NCBI RefSeq assembly: GCF_044647545.1
Contig: NZ_CP172818.1
Direction: 5' to 3' (one strand)
DNA: 64,000 bases
Origin: Escherichia coli
GTDB lineage: Bacteria > Pseudomonadota > Gammaproteobacteria > Enterobacterales > Enterobacteriaceae
The notes beneath the pieces are model-generated. The model saw nothing but the letters and a program-made list of their open reading frames with translations, did no database searches and had not been told where the DNA came from. A program made the position numbers and the translations under genes. This document shows positions 20,985 through 32,237 of the stretch, piece after piece (the first letter of the stretch is position 1; every line of letters begins with the position of its first letter).

Positions 20985-22193
20985 TTAAAGGGAGCCATGC
21001 GCCTCACGCAACATTTTCTGCTCTGGCTGACGAATCGTCGTAGAGAGCGCCAGTGACAGAATCAGCAGGGCAAAAATGACGTAGAAAGTCACATAGAAGC
21101 CGCCAAACAGTGAGGCGATAATCGACCCACAAATGCTGCCGATACCGAAACCGAGATAAATCACACCGTAGTTTTTCGCCAGGTTATTGAGGCCGAAGAA
21201 CTCACTGACCAGTGACGGGAACACCGTGATAGTGCCGCCAAAGTTAAACGCCACGCAGGCAATCGCTGCAAAGAACGTCACTGCATTCAATGGTGCAAAC
21301 AGCAGGGCCGCCATACCCACCAGCGATATCACCTGACCAATGGTGATAACACGGATACGGGCGATTTTGTCAGACAGAATACCCAGCACCAGACGACCAG
21401 AAAGGTTGGCGATGGAAATAACCGTCACAGCATTGGCTGCGGAAATTGCATCAAGATGCGCCAGACTTTGAGCGATATCTTTCGCTACACCAATCACATA
21501 CAGACCACTCATGCACGCAGTCAGGAACATAACCGCTAACATCCAGTACTGCGGTTTACGCATCGACTCTGCCAGGGTGTAGTCCTTCTCCACCACACCA
21601 TTGCTGGTTTTCACTTCCTGCTTCGGCGCATCTTTCATTAACGTTGCGCCAAAGACAATCATCACCAGTACAATCGCGCCCCAAATAACAAAGGTTTTTT
21701 CCAGACCCACCGTTTCGAGCAGGTGCGTGTCGATAAATTTAAAACCCAGGCTGCCCAGACCATAAGAACCGATAGCAAAAGCAGAGATAAGTCCCTTACG
21801 CTCCGGAAACCACTTCACGCAGTTAGAGAGCGTCAGCAGGTAACCCGCGCCATCCGCCAGACCGACCAGCACACCGGCGCTTAACCACAGCATCATCAGG
21901 TTGTTGGAATGCGCGGTCAGGAAGAAGCCTAATCCCAGCAAAATGCCGGAAGCCATGGTGACGCGTTTAACGCCAAAACGTTCCTGCAATTTGCCCGCAA
22001 CAGAAGATGAAATTGCCAGCCCCAGACTTAACAAGCCGAAAGAGAAAGCAACCTGGCTTACAGGAGCCCCCAGCTTGGCAGAAAGCGCACCGTTAAACAG
22101 ACTCCAGGTATAAACCGACCCCAGAGCAAACTGGGTAATGATAGTACCGATGAGTGTCAGCCAGCGAGTACGCTGATAATTTGAAGGTGTCAT
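20985..22193 (-). CDS. yhjX: MFS transporter YhjX (oxalate/formate antiporter-like)
   Basis: ORF 20985..22238 trimmed to MTPSNYQRTRW (402 aa); 12-TM MFS topology. Confidence 0.85.
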   Translation of the reverse strand: MTPSNYQRTRWLTLIGTIITQFALGSVYTWSLFNGALSAKLGAPVSQVAFSFGLLSLGLAISSSVAGKLQERFGVKRVTMASGILLGLGFFLTAHSNNLMMLWLSAGVLVGLADGAGYLLTLSNCVKWFPERKGLISAFAIGSYGLGSLGFKFIDTHLLETVGLEKTFVIWGAIVLVMIVFGATLMKDAPKQEVKTSNGVVEKDYTLAESMRKPQYWMLAVMFLTACMSGLYVIGVAKDIAQSLAHLDAISAANAVTVISIANLSGRLVLGILSDKIARIRVITIGQVISLVGMAALLFAPLNAVTFFAAIACVAFNFGGTITVFPSLVSEFFGLNNLAKNYGVIYLGFGIGSICGSIIASLFGGFYVTFYVIFALLILSLALSTTIRQPEQKMLREAHGSL

Positions 22194-22421
22194 GGCAGTA
22201 TTCCTGCAGTAATAAAAAGGAAAAATCTCTGCTGACAACCATAACGAAGTGCGCTTTATGCCTGGGGAAAAACGGCATGAAATGCCATCAGAACGGAATG
22301 AAATGCATTAGTTCAGGAATGAATGACTCGACAATTATTCGCCAAATTTATTATTTAGTAAGTTAGTCCCCACTATCGCCACATTAGTTGTTATTTATGG
22401 GTTTCAATTGTATCTATAACG

Positions 22422-23120
22422 TTAAAATCTGGCACTAACCCCCATCGTATACAGATAGTCGCTATTGTTAGTGGTATTTTCTGCCTGAGATAGCGCCGCA
22501 TAGGCAGCAATATTTTGATTGAGCAACATATCAGCGCCTACGGTGACATCCAGCCAGTTGCCGTTCTGGTTTGTCGCCGTCATCCGGCTCAGGCCTGATT
22601 GCGCCTTCCAGATATTCTCGCCAAATTGCTGGTTATAGCTGATTTGCGCCCAGGGTCGGAGATCGCCAAGCCGGGAGTCAACACGCCAGCCTAAAGTACT
22701 CACGCTGGCATGCCATAACGGATCAGTCAGCGTGGTAGTACTGTCGCCAAACTCGTTATACATCGAGGTGGTTGTGCCATCGTAATGTAATGCCGCGACC
22801 GGACCGGTTGTAACCTGTTGATATAAAGGAAAATTCCACCCCATACTCATACTACTGGTGACATCCACAGGGGTTTCTTCCGCCAGATTGACTTCCAGTC
22901 CCAGCGCCCTTTGGCTACTTTGAATACGTTGCGACAAAATATCGTTGTAATCAGGTTGATGATCGCTATCCCAGGTGTAACGCTCTGTGGAATGTCCGGG
23001 TTGCGTATCAACGATATATTCTTGTTGCCAGGCGTAAGCTGTGTTGAGAAAAAAGGCACTGATTACCACGCTCACCAGCAGGCTTAGCTGCCAGCGACCA
23101 CCGCTTTTTTTTATGATCAT
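22422..23120 (-). CDS. yhjY: Uncharacterized outer-membrane protein YhjY (autotransporter beta-domain-like)
   Basis: About 232-aa ORF with an N-terminal signal-like segment and C-terminal aromatic residue (ends ...MGVSARF) typical of beta-barrel proteins; start codon choice is uncertain. Confidence 0.65.
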   Translation of the reverse strand: MIIKKSGGRWQLSLLVSVVISAFFLNTAYAWQQEYIVDTQPGHSTERYTWDSDHQPDYNDILSQRIQSSQRALGLEVNLAEETPVDVTSSMSMGWNFPLYQQVTTGPVAALHYDGTTTSMYNEFGDSTTTLTDPLWHASVSTLGWRVDSRLGDLRPWAQISYNQQFGENIWKAQSGLSRMTATNQNGNWLDVTVGADMLLNQNIAAYAALSQAENTTNNSDYLYTMGVSARF

Positions 23121-23277
23121 TAACACGACTCCAGGGAAGAGCCGAATTCGGCAATATTATTGTCATTGTATGAAGGATATCGGGCATAGTAGCCCTGTAT
23201 TAAATATTGACTTTTTCACCGATGCGTCAAGAAAAGCGGCTGAAATTTTTACGATCGGGTACATAGCGAGGGAAAGT

Positions 23278-23841
23278 ATGGAACGTTGCGGCTGGGTGAG
23301 TCAGGACCCGCTTTATATTGCCTACCATGATAATGAATGGGGCGTGCCTGAAACTGACAGTAAAAAACTGTTCGAAATGATCTGCCTTGAAGGGCAGCAG
23401 GCTGGATTATCGTGGATCACCGTCCTCAAAAAACGCGAAAACTATCGCGCCAGCTTTCATCAGTTCGATCCGGTGAAGGTGGCAGCAATGCAGGAAGAGG
23501 ATGTCGAAAGACTGGTACAGGACGCCGGGATTATCCGCCATCGCGGGAAAATTCAGGCAATTATTGGTAATGCGCGGGCGTACCTGCAAATGGAACAGAA
23601 CGGCGAACCGTTTGCCGACTTTGTCTGGTCGTTTGTCAATCATCAACCACAGGTGACACAAGCCACAACGTTGAGCGAAATCCCTACATCTACGCCCGCC
23701 TCCGACGCTCTATCTAAAGCCCTGAAAAAGCGTGGTTTTAAGTTTGTTGGTACCACAATCTGTTACTCCTTTATGCAGGCATGTGGGCTGGTGAATGATC
23801 ATGTGGTTGGCTGCTGTTGCTATCCGGGAAATAAACCATGA
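23278..23841 (+). CDS. tag: DNA-3-methyladenine glycosylase I
   Basis: ORF 23041..23841 trimmed to MERCGWVSQDPLYIAYHDNEWGVP (187 aa); conserved Tag N-terminus. Confidence 0.9.
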   Translation: MERCGWVSQDPLYIAYHDNEWGVPETDSKKLFEMICLEGQQAGLSWITVLKKRENYRASFHQFDPVKVAAMQEEDVERLVQDAGIIRHRGKIQAIIGNARAYLQMEQNGEPFADFVWSFVNHQPQVTQATTLSEIPTSTPASDALSKALKKRGFKFVGTTICYSFMQACGLVNDHVVGCCCYPGNKP

Positions 23842-24278
23842 TTCGGGAAGCGCAACGTTCAGAACTCCCCGCGATCCTCGAACTGTGGCTGGAAAGTACA
23901 ACCTGGGGGCATCCCTTTATAAAAGCGAATTACTGGCGTGATTGCATTCCGCTGGTGCGGGATGCCTATCTTGCCAACGCGCAAAACTGGGTCTGGGAAG
24001 AAGACGGTAAGCTTCTCGGTTTTGTCAGCATTATGGAAGGCCGATTTCTGGCTGCAATGTTTGTCGCACCGAAGGCCGTCAGACGCGGTATTGGTAAGGC
24101 GCTAATGCAGTATGTGCAGCAGCGCCATCCCCATCTGATGCTGGAGGTTTATCAAAAAAATCAACCGGCGATAGATTTTTACCAGGCGCAGGGTTTTCAC
24201 ATTGTCGATTGCGCATGGCAGGATGAAACCCAACTACCCACCTGGATTATGAGCTGGCCGGTGGTTCAAACGCTGTAA
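23838..24278 (+). CDS. yiaC: GNAT-family N-acetyltransferase YiaC
   Basis: 146-aa ORF overlapping the tag stop by 4 nt; acetyl-CoA-binding motif RRGIGKALM. Confidence 0.8.
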   Translation: MIREAQRSELPAILELWLESTTWGHPFIKANYWRDCIPLVRDAYLANAQNWVWEEDGKLLGFVSIMEGRFLAAMFVAPKAVRRGIGKALMQYVQQRHPHLMLEVYQKNQPAIDFYQAQGFHIVDCAWQDETQLPTWIMSWPVVQTL

Positions 24279-26580
24279 GTGTCAGTTCCGGACCGTTGTA
24301 TTTTTCCAGCCATGCCAGCGCCGTATTACCCGCACAGCCATTCCCCAGCCGCGAGCTGGGGAGATCTTTGGTCAGAACGTTCACCGCGCCGTTTTTACAA
24401 ATACCGTCAGCGGTTAAATCCAGATCCGGCCATGCCCCTTCATGAATGCAAATCACGCCAGGTTTAATTCCCTCGCTAATGACCGCTCCGGCAAGAATTT
24501 GCCCGCGTGCGTTCCACAGCCGAACAGTATCGCCATCTTGTATGCCGCGCGCCTGAGCATCGTCAGGATGAATGGTGACAGGCTCACGGTTTGCCACCGC
24601 GTACAATTCGCGCAGAGAACTGTAATTCAGCTGGCTGTGCAGACGATGTGCCGGATGAGCAGAAAGTACCTGCAACTGTTCCGGTTCGGCATTGCCCTGC
24701 CATTCGTCCGGCTCCAGCCACATTGGATGCCCCGGGCAATCCGGATAAGCGTAATCAGCAATACGCTGCGAGAAGATTTCAATCTTGCCGCTGGCGGTTT
24801 TTAATGGATGCGCCTGCGGATCGCGGCGAAAATCGGCGAAGCGAATAAACCGCTCGCTGTCCGGGTTTTCCGGCATCTCAATTAACTGGTTGGCTTCCCA
24901 TAACTCAGCAAATGGCGGCAATTCAACCTGCTGGCTTGCCCCGCGCTGCCGGGCAACGTTATAAAACGTTTCCAGCCATTGCAGCTCACTTTTTCCTTCC
25001 GTAAACCGCGCATAGCCGCCCTTCTCCCAACGTTCACTCAACTCGGCAAAGACATCAAAATCATTACGCGCTTCATAACGTGGAGGCACCACTTGCTTCA
25101 TCGGCACCAGATGCTGATTACTGTAATCGCCGGTCATGGTGAGATCATTACGCTCAAACGAAGTGGTCGCAGGCAGAACGATATCCGCGTGTTTCGCCGC
25201 AGCCGTCCAGAAGCATTCAGAGATCACCACCAGCTCCGGTTTTTGCCAGGCACGGATCAGGCGATTGGTATCCTGATGATGAGTAAAGTTGGCACCGCCC
25301 GCCCACCAGATAAAACGAATATCCGGGAAATGTCGGTCCATACCGTTATGTTGATATGCGCCACCAGGGTTTTCCAGTGCTTCAACAATGCGGGCGACAG
25401 GGATTTTATCTACCGCATCGGTGCCACCCGGCAAGCTGCCCTGCATGGAAGAGAGCACCGCAGCGCGGCGCGTGGGGTTACCACCATTGGCAAAATGGTA
25501 AGAAAGACCAAAACCGCCGCCGGGTGTGCCGATTTGCCCCAACATTGCCGCCAGCGTGACGAGCATCCAGTGTTTTTGCTCACCAAACTGTTGGCGCTGC
25601 ATTCCCCAGCCTGCCATCAGCATGGTGGTATTTTGGTGGAAAATAGCCGCCAGCTCGCGGATTTTCGCTGCGCCAACACCACAAATCTCTGCCGCCCATT
25701 CGGCGTTTTTCGCTATACCGTCACTCTCGCCCAGCAAATAAGAGGCGAAGACGGCATAACCTGTGGTGCAACGCGCCAGAAACGCTTCGTCGTGCCAACC
25801 ATTTTCCACCAGCGTATGGGCGATCCCCAGCATCAACGCAACATCGGTGCCCATGTGCGGAGCCACCCATTCCATTTTATCGCCAAAGAAATCGACGGTT
25901 TCCGATCGCATTGGATCAATGCAGATCAGCTTTTTCCCGCTGTCACGCAGTGCGGAAAAGTAAGAAAGCCCCTGCTCATCGGATGCATTCCACGCAATTT
26001 TCAGCGTATTGAGTGGGTTAGCACTCCATAGCACCACGACATCGCTATGTTCCAATACCAACGGCCAACTGGTTTGCTGTTGATAAACTTCGCTGCCCCC
26101 CACGACATACGGCATGATCGCCTGTGCTGCACCGGTCGAATAATCCCCCAGATGCCCGGTATAACCGCCTGCAAGCGCCATATAGCGTTGTAATAATGTC
26201 GAGGCCTTATGCAGCACGCCGTTTGAACGCCAGCCGTAGGAACCAGCAAAAATCGATGCCGGACCATAAGCCTCACGAATACGTTTATGTTGATGGTGAA
26301 TAAGCTCCAGCGCCTCATCCCAACTCACGCGAACAAATTCATCCTGCCCACGAATGCCTTGCGGATTTTCCGGTGACGCAAGAAAGCCTTTGCGCACCAT
26401 TGGAAATCGCACCCGCGTATTGCTGTGAACCTGGTCGCGAACCGCGCTCTGCAAGGAGTTTTCCATTCCTGTGGCTAACGCGCCACGCGAGCTAAACACG
26501 GTTTCGCCGTCGGTTTCAACCAGCATAGGCCCCCAGTGGGCGGCAGTCAGAACGGAATATCGTGAGGATGAGTTGGCCAA
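24247..26580 (-). CDS. bisC: Biotin sulfoxide reductase BisC (molybdopterin oxidoreductase)
   Basis: 777-aa ORF; DMSO-reductase-family architecture. Confidence 0.9.
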   Translation of the reverse strand: MANSSSRYSVLTAAHWGPMLVETDGETVFSSRGALATGMENSLQSAVRDQVHSNTRVRFPMVRKGFLASPENPQGIRGQDEFVRVSWDEALELIHHQHKRIREAYGPASIFAGSYGWRSNGVLHKASTLLQRYMALAGGYTGHLGDYSTGAAQAIMPYVVGGSEVYQQQTSWPLVLEHSDVVVLWSANPLNTLKIAWNASDEQGLSYFSALRDSGKKLICIDPMRSETVDFFGDKMEWVAPHMGTDVALMLGIAHTLVENGWHDEAFLARCTTGYAVFASYLLGESDGIAKNAEWAAEICGVGAAKIRELAAIFHQNTTMLMAGWGMQRQQFGEQKHWMLVTLAAMLGQIGTPGGGFGLSYHFANGGNPTRRAAVLSSMQGSLPGGTDAVDKIPVARIVEALENPGGAYQHNGMDRHFPDIRFIWWAGGANFTHHQDTNRLIRAWQKPELVVISECFWTAAAKHADIVLPATTSFERNDLTMTGDYSNQHLVPMKQVVPPRYEARNDFDVFAELSERWEKGGYARFTEGKSELQWLETFYNVARQRGASQQVELPPFAELWEANQLIEMPENPDSERFIRFADFRRDPQAHPLKTASGKIEIFSQRIADYAYPDCPGHPMWLEPDEWQGNAEPEQLQVLSAHPAHRLHSQLNYSSLRELYAVANREPVTIHPDDAQARGIQDGDTVRLWNARGQILAGAVISEGIKPGVICIHEGAWPDLDLTADGICKNGAVNVLTKDLPSSRLGNGCAGNTALAWLEKYNGPELTLTAFEPPASS

Positions 26581-26732
26581 ACCGAAGACTCCTGAAAGGT
26601 TAGATGTATTGAGCAGTTAAATATTACTTACAAATTTCCGAGTATTCCCAGGAATAATCTTCATGCTCACGCGGCATAATCTCCCGCCACGGAACCCGTG
26701 GCAAAGAATAAAAAGGTTATTAAGGATTAACA

Positions 26733-27392
26733 ATGAAGAAACGTGTTTATCTTATTGCCGCCGTAGTGAGTGGCGCTCTGGCGGTATCTGGCTGTACAAC
26801 TAACCCTTACACCGGCGAACGCGAAGCAGGTAAATCTGCTATCGGCGCAGGTCTGGGCTCTCTCGTTGGCGCGGGTATTGGTGCGCTCTCTTCTTCGAAG
26901 AAAGATCGCGGTAAAGGCGCGCTCATTGGCGCAGCAGCAGGCGCAGCTCTGGGCGGCGGCGTTGGTTATTACATGGATGTGCAGGAAGCGAAGCTGCGTG
27001 ACAAAATGCGCGGCACTGGTGTTAGCGTAACCCGCAGCGGGGATAACATTATCCTCAATATGCCGAACAATGTGACCTTCGACAGCAGCAGCGCAACCCT
27101 GAAACCGGCGGGCGCTAACACCCTGACCGGCGTGGCAATGGTACTGAAAGAGTATCCGAAAACGGCGGTTAACGTGATTGGTTATACCGACAGCACGGGG
27201 GGTCACGACCTGAACATGCGTCTCTCCCAGCAGCGTGCGGATTCCGTTGCCAGCGCGTTGATCACCCAGGGCGTGGACGCCAGCCGCATCCGTACTCAGG
27301 GCCTTGGCCCGGCTAACCCAATCGCCAGCAACAGCACCGCAGAAGGTAAGGCGCAAAACCGCCGTGTAGAAATTACCTTAAGCCCACTGTAA
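26733..27392 (+). CDS. yiaD: OmpA-family lipoprotein YiaD
   Basis: 219-aa ORF; lipobox AVSGC; glycine-zipper region; C-terminal OmpA-like domain (NRRVEI). Confidence 0.85.
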   Translation: MKKRVYLIAAVVSGALAVSGCTTNPYTGEREAGKSAIGAGLGSLVGAGIGALSSSKKDRGKGALIGAAAGAALGGGVGYYMDVQEAKLRDKMRGTGVSVTRSGDNIILNMPNNVTFDSSSATLKPAGANTLTGVAMVLKEYPKTAVNVIGYTDSTGGHDLNMRLSQQRADSVASALITQGVDASRIRTQGLGPANPIASNSTAEGKAQNRRVEITLSPL

Positions 27393-27495
27393 TCCCTTTC
27401 ATGTCAGGTGATGCAGAAATCACCTGGCATTCTTCAGTTTTCCTTCATCATATTTCAGGCTAAGGTGATCGCCTTATCAGTGAATGGAGAGAAGC

Positions 27496-28470
27496 ATGAA
27501 GCCGTCCGTTATCCTCTACAAAGCCTTACCTGATGATTTACTGCAACGCCTGCAAGAACATTTCACCGTTCACCAGGTAGCAAACCTCAGCCCACAAACC
27601 GTCGAACAAAATGCAGCAATTTTTGCCGAAGCTGAAGGCTTGCTGGGTTCAAATGAGAATGTTGATGCCGCATTGCTGGAAAAAATGCCGAAACTGCGTG
27701 CCACATCAACGATCTCCGTCGGCTATGACAATTTTGATGTCGATGCGCTTACCGCCCGAAAAATTCTGCTGATGCACACACCAACCGTATTAACAGAAAC
27801 CGTCGCCGATACGCTGATGGCGCTGGTGTTGTCTACCGCTCGTCGGGTTGTGGAGGTAGCAGAACGGGTAAAAGCAGGCGAATGGACCGCGAGCATAGGC
27901 CCGGACTGGTACGGCACTGACGTTCACCATAAAACACTGGGCATTGTCGGGATGGGACGGATCGGCATGGCGCTGGCACAACGTGCGCACTTTGGCTTCA
28001 ACATGCCCATCCTCTATAACGCGCGTCGCCACCATAAAGAAGCAGAAGAACGCTTCAACGCCCGCTACTGCGATTTGGATACTCTGTTACAAGAGTCAGA
28101 TTTCGTTTGTCTGATCCTGCCGTTAACGGATGAGACGCATCATCTGTTTGGCGCAGAACAATTCGCCAAAATGAAACCCTCCGCCATTTTCATTAATGCC
28201 GGACGTGGCCCGGTGGTTGATGAAAATGCACTGATTGCTGCATTGCAGAAAGGCGAAATTCACGCCGCCGGGCTGGATGTCTTCGAACAAGAGCCACTGT
28301 CCGTAGATTCGCCGTTGCTCTCAATGGCCAACGTCGTCGCAGTACCGCATATTGGATCTGCCACCCATGAGACGCGTTATGGCATGGCCGCCTGTGCCGT
28401 GGATAATTTGATTGATGCGTTACAAGGAAAGGTTGAGAAGAACTGTGTGAATCCGCACGTCGCGGACTAA
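27496..28470 (+). CDS. ghrB: Glyoxylate/hydroxypyruvate reductase B (2-ketogluconate reductase)
   Basis: ORF trimmed to [15 protein letters not shown] (324 aa); D-2-hydroxyacid dehydrogenase NAD-binding motif GIVGMGRIG. Confidence 0.85.
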   Translation: MKPSVILYKALPDDLLQRLQEHFTVHQVANLSPQTVEQNAAIFAEAEGLLGSNENVDAALLEKMPKLRATSTISVGYDNFDVDALTARKILLMHTPTVLTETVADTLMALVLSTARRVVEVAERVKAGEWTASIGPDWYGTDVHHKTLGIVGMGRIGMALAQRAHFGFNMPILYNARRHHKEAEERFNARYCDLDTLLQESDFVCLILPLTDETHHLFGAEQFAKMKPSAIFINAGRGPVVDENALIAALQKGEIHAAGLDVFEQEPLSVDSPLLSMANVVAVPHIGSATHETRYGMAACAVDNLIDALQGKVEKNCVNPHVAD

Positions 28471-28519
28471 GCCGCGACTGCGTGGAGTAAAGCCCGATAA
28501 TCGCTCGGGCTTTTACTCT

Positions 28520-29230
28520 TTATTGGGTTGCAGTAACTGCTGTAGTCCAGGCCTGATTAAACGCCTGATGCTGTGCCGGTAATGGCGCAATCAGTTTGTT
28601 ATATTCACTTGCCTGCTGTGACGTCGGGAACTGGATGCCATTTGCGACAAAGCTCACCTGAGTACCTTGCTGAGCAATGTAGTCTCCAACCATCACCAGT
28701 TGTTGCGTGAAAGTTTGTGCAGCCGGAATCAACGGTTGCAATGCATCAGCTGGCGTCGTTACCACTTTGGTGAATGCCTGATCAAAGACCGGTTTCAGGT
28801 CATCACTCTGTTTTAACGCAGAGTGTGCAGCATCGGCCTGCAACTTCGCATTTTGCAGCTGTTGCGCCAGCACACCCAGCGAACCGTTCATTTCACGCAG
28901 TGGGCCGCTTTGCGTAACGTAATCCTGCGGTACGCGAATTGCGTTAACGCTGTCTACAACCGGGCGCAGACCGGAATCCATCGCCTGATTCACCTGCTGT
29001 GAATAACCATACAGAATCGCGTAATCAGAGACAAAAGGACCAAACTGTTTTTTCTGATCGGCAGTCAGGGTTGGTAGACGTTCACCGCTACGCATCACTG
29101 TATTCTGCAGGAAGTCGATAAACGCTTTACGCTGATCGCCTTCTTTATCAAAACACCCACTCAGGCTAACTACCATTAATAACGCCGCAAGAGGCGCAAA
29201 CCAGCGAGAGCAGGACTTTCCTGTCGCCAT
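28520..29230 (-). CDS. yiaF: Uncharacterized lipoprotein YiaF
   Basis: ORF trimmed to MATGKSCSRWFAPLAALLMVVSLSGC (236 aa); lipobox LSGC. Confidence 0.75.
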   Translation of the reverse strand: MATGKSCSRWFAPLAALLMVVSLSGCFDKEGDQRKAFIDFLQNTVMRSGERLPTLTADQKKQFGPFVSDYAILYGYSQQVNQAMDSGLRPVVDSVNAIRVPQDYVTQSGPLREMNGSLGVLAQQLQNAKLQADAAHSALKQSDDLKPVFDQAFTKVVTTPADALQPLIPAAQTFTQQLVMVGDYIAQQGTQVSFVANGIQFPTSQQASEYNKLIAPLPAQHQAFNQAWTTAVTATQ

Positions 29231-29663
29231 TTTCTTACTCCTTTCACCCAAAAAAAGCGCACAACGACACACGCGTGTCTGACGTGACAAGGATAGTCCA
29301 GGACAGGCTTGCAGGATACCCTTTCTACGTAATCTTCCTGGTAAAATCATGGAGAAAATGAAACAAGGTTAATTTGTTGTTTCATTGTTAAAAAATGATA
29401 GTGCCGTTGCTTTTTTTGTAGCCAGAGATTTACGCCTTCTCAGAACGTTAGATTTTCGAAATCTTTACAAACCGGGAGTGGTAAGAGATATATCGGCATT
29501 TATCAGATCGTTAGGTGGCTATAAGTCACGCTAAATGACTGGCTGAATCGAATCATAGCCAGAGCATGCCCTGACTACACCCCGCTGTGTCTGTTTTTCC
29601 CGACTATTCTTAATGAGCTTCGATGCAATTCACGATCCCGCAGTGTGATTTGAGGAGTTTTCA

Positions 29664-29954
29664 ATGGAATATAAAGATCCAATGCATGAGCTGTTGAGCA
29701 GCCTGGAACAGATTGTTTTTAAAGATGAAACGCAGAAAATTACCCTGACGCACAGAACAACGTCCTGTACCGAAATTGAGCAGTTACGAAAAGGGACAGG
29801 GTTAAAAATCGATGATTTCGCCCGGGTTTTGGGCGTATCAGTCGCCATGGTAAAGGAATGGGAATCCAGACGCGTGAAGCCTTCAAGTGCCGAACTAAAA
29901 TTGATGCGTTTGATTCAAGCCAACCCGGCATTAAGTAAGCAGTTGATGGAATAG
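29664..29954 (+). CDS. yiaG: HTH-type (XRE-like) transcriptional regulator YiaG
   Basis: 96-aa ORF with a helix-turn-helix segment (LRKGTGLKIDDFARVLGVSVAMVKEWE). Confidence 0.75.
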   Translation: MEYKDPMHELLSSLEQIVFKDETQKITLTHRTTSCTEIEQLRKGTGLKIDDFARVLGVSVAMVKEWESRRVKPSSAELKLMRLIQANPALSKQLME

Positions 29955-30038
29955 ACTTTTATCCACTTTATTGCTGTTTACGGTCCTGATGACAGGACCG
30001 TTTTCCAACCGATTAATCATAAATATGAAAAATAATTG

Positions 30039-30234
30039 TTGCATCACCCGCCAATGCGTGGCTTAATGCACATCAACGGTTTGACGTACAGACCATTAAA
30101 GCAGTGTAGTAAGGCAAGTCCCTTCAAGAGTTATCGTTGATACCCCTCGTAGTGCACATTCCTTTAACGCTTCAAAATCTGTAAAGCACGCCATATCGCC
30201 GAAAGGCACACTTAATTATTAAAGGTAATACACT
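30039..30234 (+). promoter_or_regulatory. cspA: cspA promoter (-35 TTGCAT, -10 CTTAAT, AT-rich UP element) and about 160-nt cold-responsive 5' UTR
   Basis: TTGCAT at 30039-30044 and CTTAAT at 30062-30067 with a 17 bp spacer; a long leader precedes the ATG at 30235, consistent with the thermosensing cspA 5' UTR. Confidence 0.7.
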
Positions 30235-30447
30235 ATGTCTGGTAAAATGACTGGTATCGTAAAATGGTTCAACGCTGACAAAGGCTTCGGCTTCATCACT
30301 CCTGACGATGGCTCTAAAGACGTGTTCGTACACTTCTCTGCTATCCAGAACGATGGTTACAAATCTCTGGACGAAGGTCAGAAAGTGTCCTTCACCATCG
30401 AAAGCGGCGCTAAAGGCCCGGCAGCTGGTAACGTAACCAGCCTGTAA
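30235..30447 (+). CDS. cspA: Major cold shock protein CspA
   Basis: 70-aa [73 protein letters not shown]; RNP1 motif KGFGFI and RNP2 motif VFVHF. Confidence 0.95.
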
Positions 30448-30474
30448 TCTCTGCTTAAAAGCACAGAATCTAAG

Positions 30475-30502
30475 ATCCCTGCCAAATGGCGGGGATTTTT
30501 TT
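30475..30502 (+). terminator. Rho-independent terminator of cspA
   Basis: Hairpin atccctgcc-aaat-ggcggggat followed by TTTTTTT. Confidence 0.7.
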
Positions 30503-30635
30503 ATTTGTTTATTCAGGAAATAAATAATCGTTCGCGTAATAAAATCTATTATTATTTTTGTGAAGAATAAATTTGGGTGCAATGAGAATGCGCAACGCCG
30601 TAAGAAAGGCGGGAATAACTTCCCGCCGAAGACGC

Positions 30636-30788
30636 TTACTCTTTCAATTTGCAGGCTAAAAACGCCGCCAGCTCATAATTCTCCTGTTTAATATGCAATT
30701 CACACAGTGAATCTCTTATCATCCAGGTGAAAAATAAAAGCGTGAAACAAATCACTATTAAAGAAAGTAATCTATATTTCTGCGGCAT
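30636..30788 (-). CDS. hokA: Type I toxin HokA (Hok/Gef family small membrane peptide); locus disrupted by IS150
   Basis: 50-aa reading MPQKYRLLSLIVICFTLLFFTWMIRDSLCELHIKQENYELAAFLACKLKE; the IS150 left end begins 33 bp upstream of the start codon. Confidence 0.8.
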   Translation of the reverse strand: MPQKYRLLSLIVICFTLLFFTWMIRDSLCELHIKQENYELAAFLACKLKE

Positions 30789-30867
30789 TCCCAGCCTCCT
30801 GTGTTGATTTCCACCGAGTATGTACTGCACCCATTTTGTTGGACGATGAAATGGAATAGCCCCTGAT

Positions 30868-31389
30868 ATGTCAAAGCCAAAATACCCTTTTGAAAAGCGC
30901 CTTGAAGTCGTGAATCACTACTTCACTACTGATGATGGTTACAGGATCATCTCGGCACGTTTTGGTGTCCCCCGAACCCAGGTCAGGACATGGGTTGCCC
31001 TCTATGAAAAACATGGAGAAAAAGGTTTAATTCCCAAACCTAAAGGTGTTAGTGCTGATCCAGAGTTGCGTATTAAGGTCGTGAAAGCTGTGATCGAGCA
31101 GCACATGTCCCTTAATCAGGCTGCTGCTCACTTTATGCTTGCTGGTAGTGGTTCTGTAGCCAGGTGGCTGAAGGTTTATGAAGAGCGCGGAGAAGCTGGT
31201 TTACGCGCGCTCAAGATTGGCACCAAAAGAAACATTGCAATATCAGTTGATCCAGAAAAAGCGGCATCAGCATTGGAGCTGTCAAAAGACCGACGTATTG
31301 AGGATCTTGAAAGGCAAGTTCGATTTCTTGAAACGCGGCTTATGTATCTAAAAAAGCTGAAAGCCTTAGCTCATCCCACGAAAAAGTGA
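30868..31389 (+). CDS. insJ: IS150 transposase OrfA (InsJ), HTH DNA-binding protein
   Basis: 173-aa ORF MSKPKYPFEKRLEVVNHYFTTDDGYRII...; IS3-family OrfA. Confidence 0.9.
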   Translation: MSKPKYPFEKRLEVVNHYFTTDDGYRIISARFGVPRTQVRTWVALYEKHGEKGLIPKPKGVSADPELRIKVVKAVIEQHMSLNQAAAHFMLAGSGSVARWLKVYEERGEAGLRALKIGTKRNIAISVDPEKAASALELSKDRRIEDLERQVRFLETRLMYLKKLKALAHPTKK

Positions 31390-32237
31390 AAGTACTCAAC
31401 GAGCTAAGGCAGTTTTATCCTCTTGATGAGCTTCTCAGGGCTGCGGAGATACCGCGCAGTACGTTTTATTACCATCTAAAGGCTCTCAGCAAGCCTGACA
31501 AGTATGCGGACGTTAAAAAGCGTATTGGTGAGATTTATCACGAGAATAGAGGCCGATACGGATACCGTAGGGTAACGCTGTCTCTTCATCGAGAAGGGAA
31601 ACAGATTAACCATAAAGCTGTTCAGCGCCTGATGGGAACCCTCTCACTTAAAGCAGCGATTAAGGTCAAGCGATACCGCTCTTACAGAGGAGAGGTAGGG
31701 CAAACCGCCCCTAATGTTCTCCAAAGAGATTTCAAGGCTACGCGGCCAAACGAGAAGTGGGTTACCGATGTTACTGAATTTGCAGTCAATGGGCGCAAGC
31801 TGTATTTGTCTCCAGTAATAGATCTCTTCAACAACGAAGTTATTTCTTACAGCCTTTCGGAAAGACCAGTGATGAACATGGTTGAGAATATGCTCGATCA
31901 GGCATTCAAAAAGCTTAATCCTCACGAGCATCCTGTTCTGCACTCTGACCAGGGATGGCAGTATCGTATGAGAAAATATCAAAATATTCTTAAAGAACAT
32001 GGTATTAAACAAAGCATGTCCAGAAAAGGCAATTGTCTGGATAATGCTGTGGTGGAGTGTTTCTTTGGAACCTTAAAGTCGGAGTGTTTTTATCTTGATG
32101 AGTTCAGTAATATAAGCGAACTGAAGGATGCTGTTACGGAATATATTGAATACTACAACAGCAGAAGAATTAGCCTGAAATTAAAAAGTCTGACTCCAAT
32201 TGAATATCGGAATCAGACCTATATGCCTCGTGTTTAA
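31386..32237 (+). CDS. insK: IS150 transposase OrfB (InsK), DDE integrase catalytic domain; expressed as an OrfAB fusion by -1 frameshifting
   Basis: 283-aa ORF in the -1 frame relative to insJ; DDE-type motifs; slippery A_AAA_AAG at 31349-31355 within the overlap region. Confidence 0.85.
   Translation: MKVLNELRQFYPLDELLRAAEIPRSTFYYHLKALSKPDKYADVKKRIGEIYHENRGRYGYRRVTLSLHREGKQINHKAVQRLMGTLSLKAAIKVKRYRSYRGEVGQTAPNVLQRDFKATRPNEKWVTDVTEFAVNGRKLYLSPVIDLFNNEVISYSLSERPVMNMVENMLDQAFKKLNPHEHPVLHSDQGWQYRMRKYQNILKEHGIKQSMSRKGNCLDNAVVECFFGTLKSECFYLDEFSNISELKDAVTEYIEYYNSRRISLKLKSLTPIEYRNQTYMPRV

Noticed and set aside
24979-26031. 350-aa plus-strand ORF opposite bisC
   Set aside because: Completely nested antisense to the 777-aa bisC ORF; typical spurious frame in GC-rich coding sequence.
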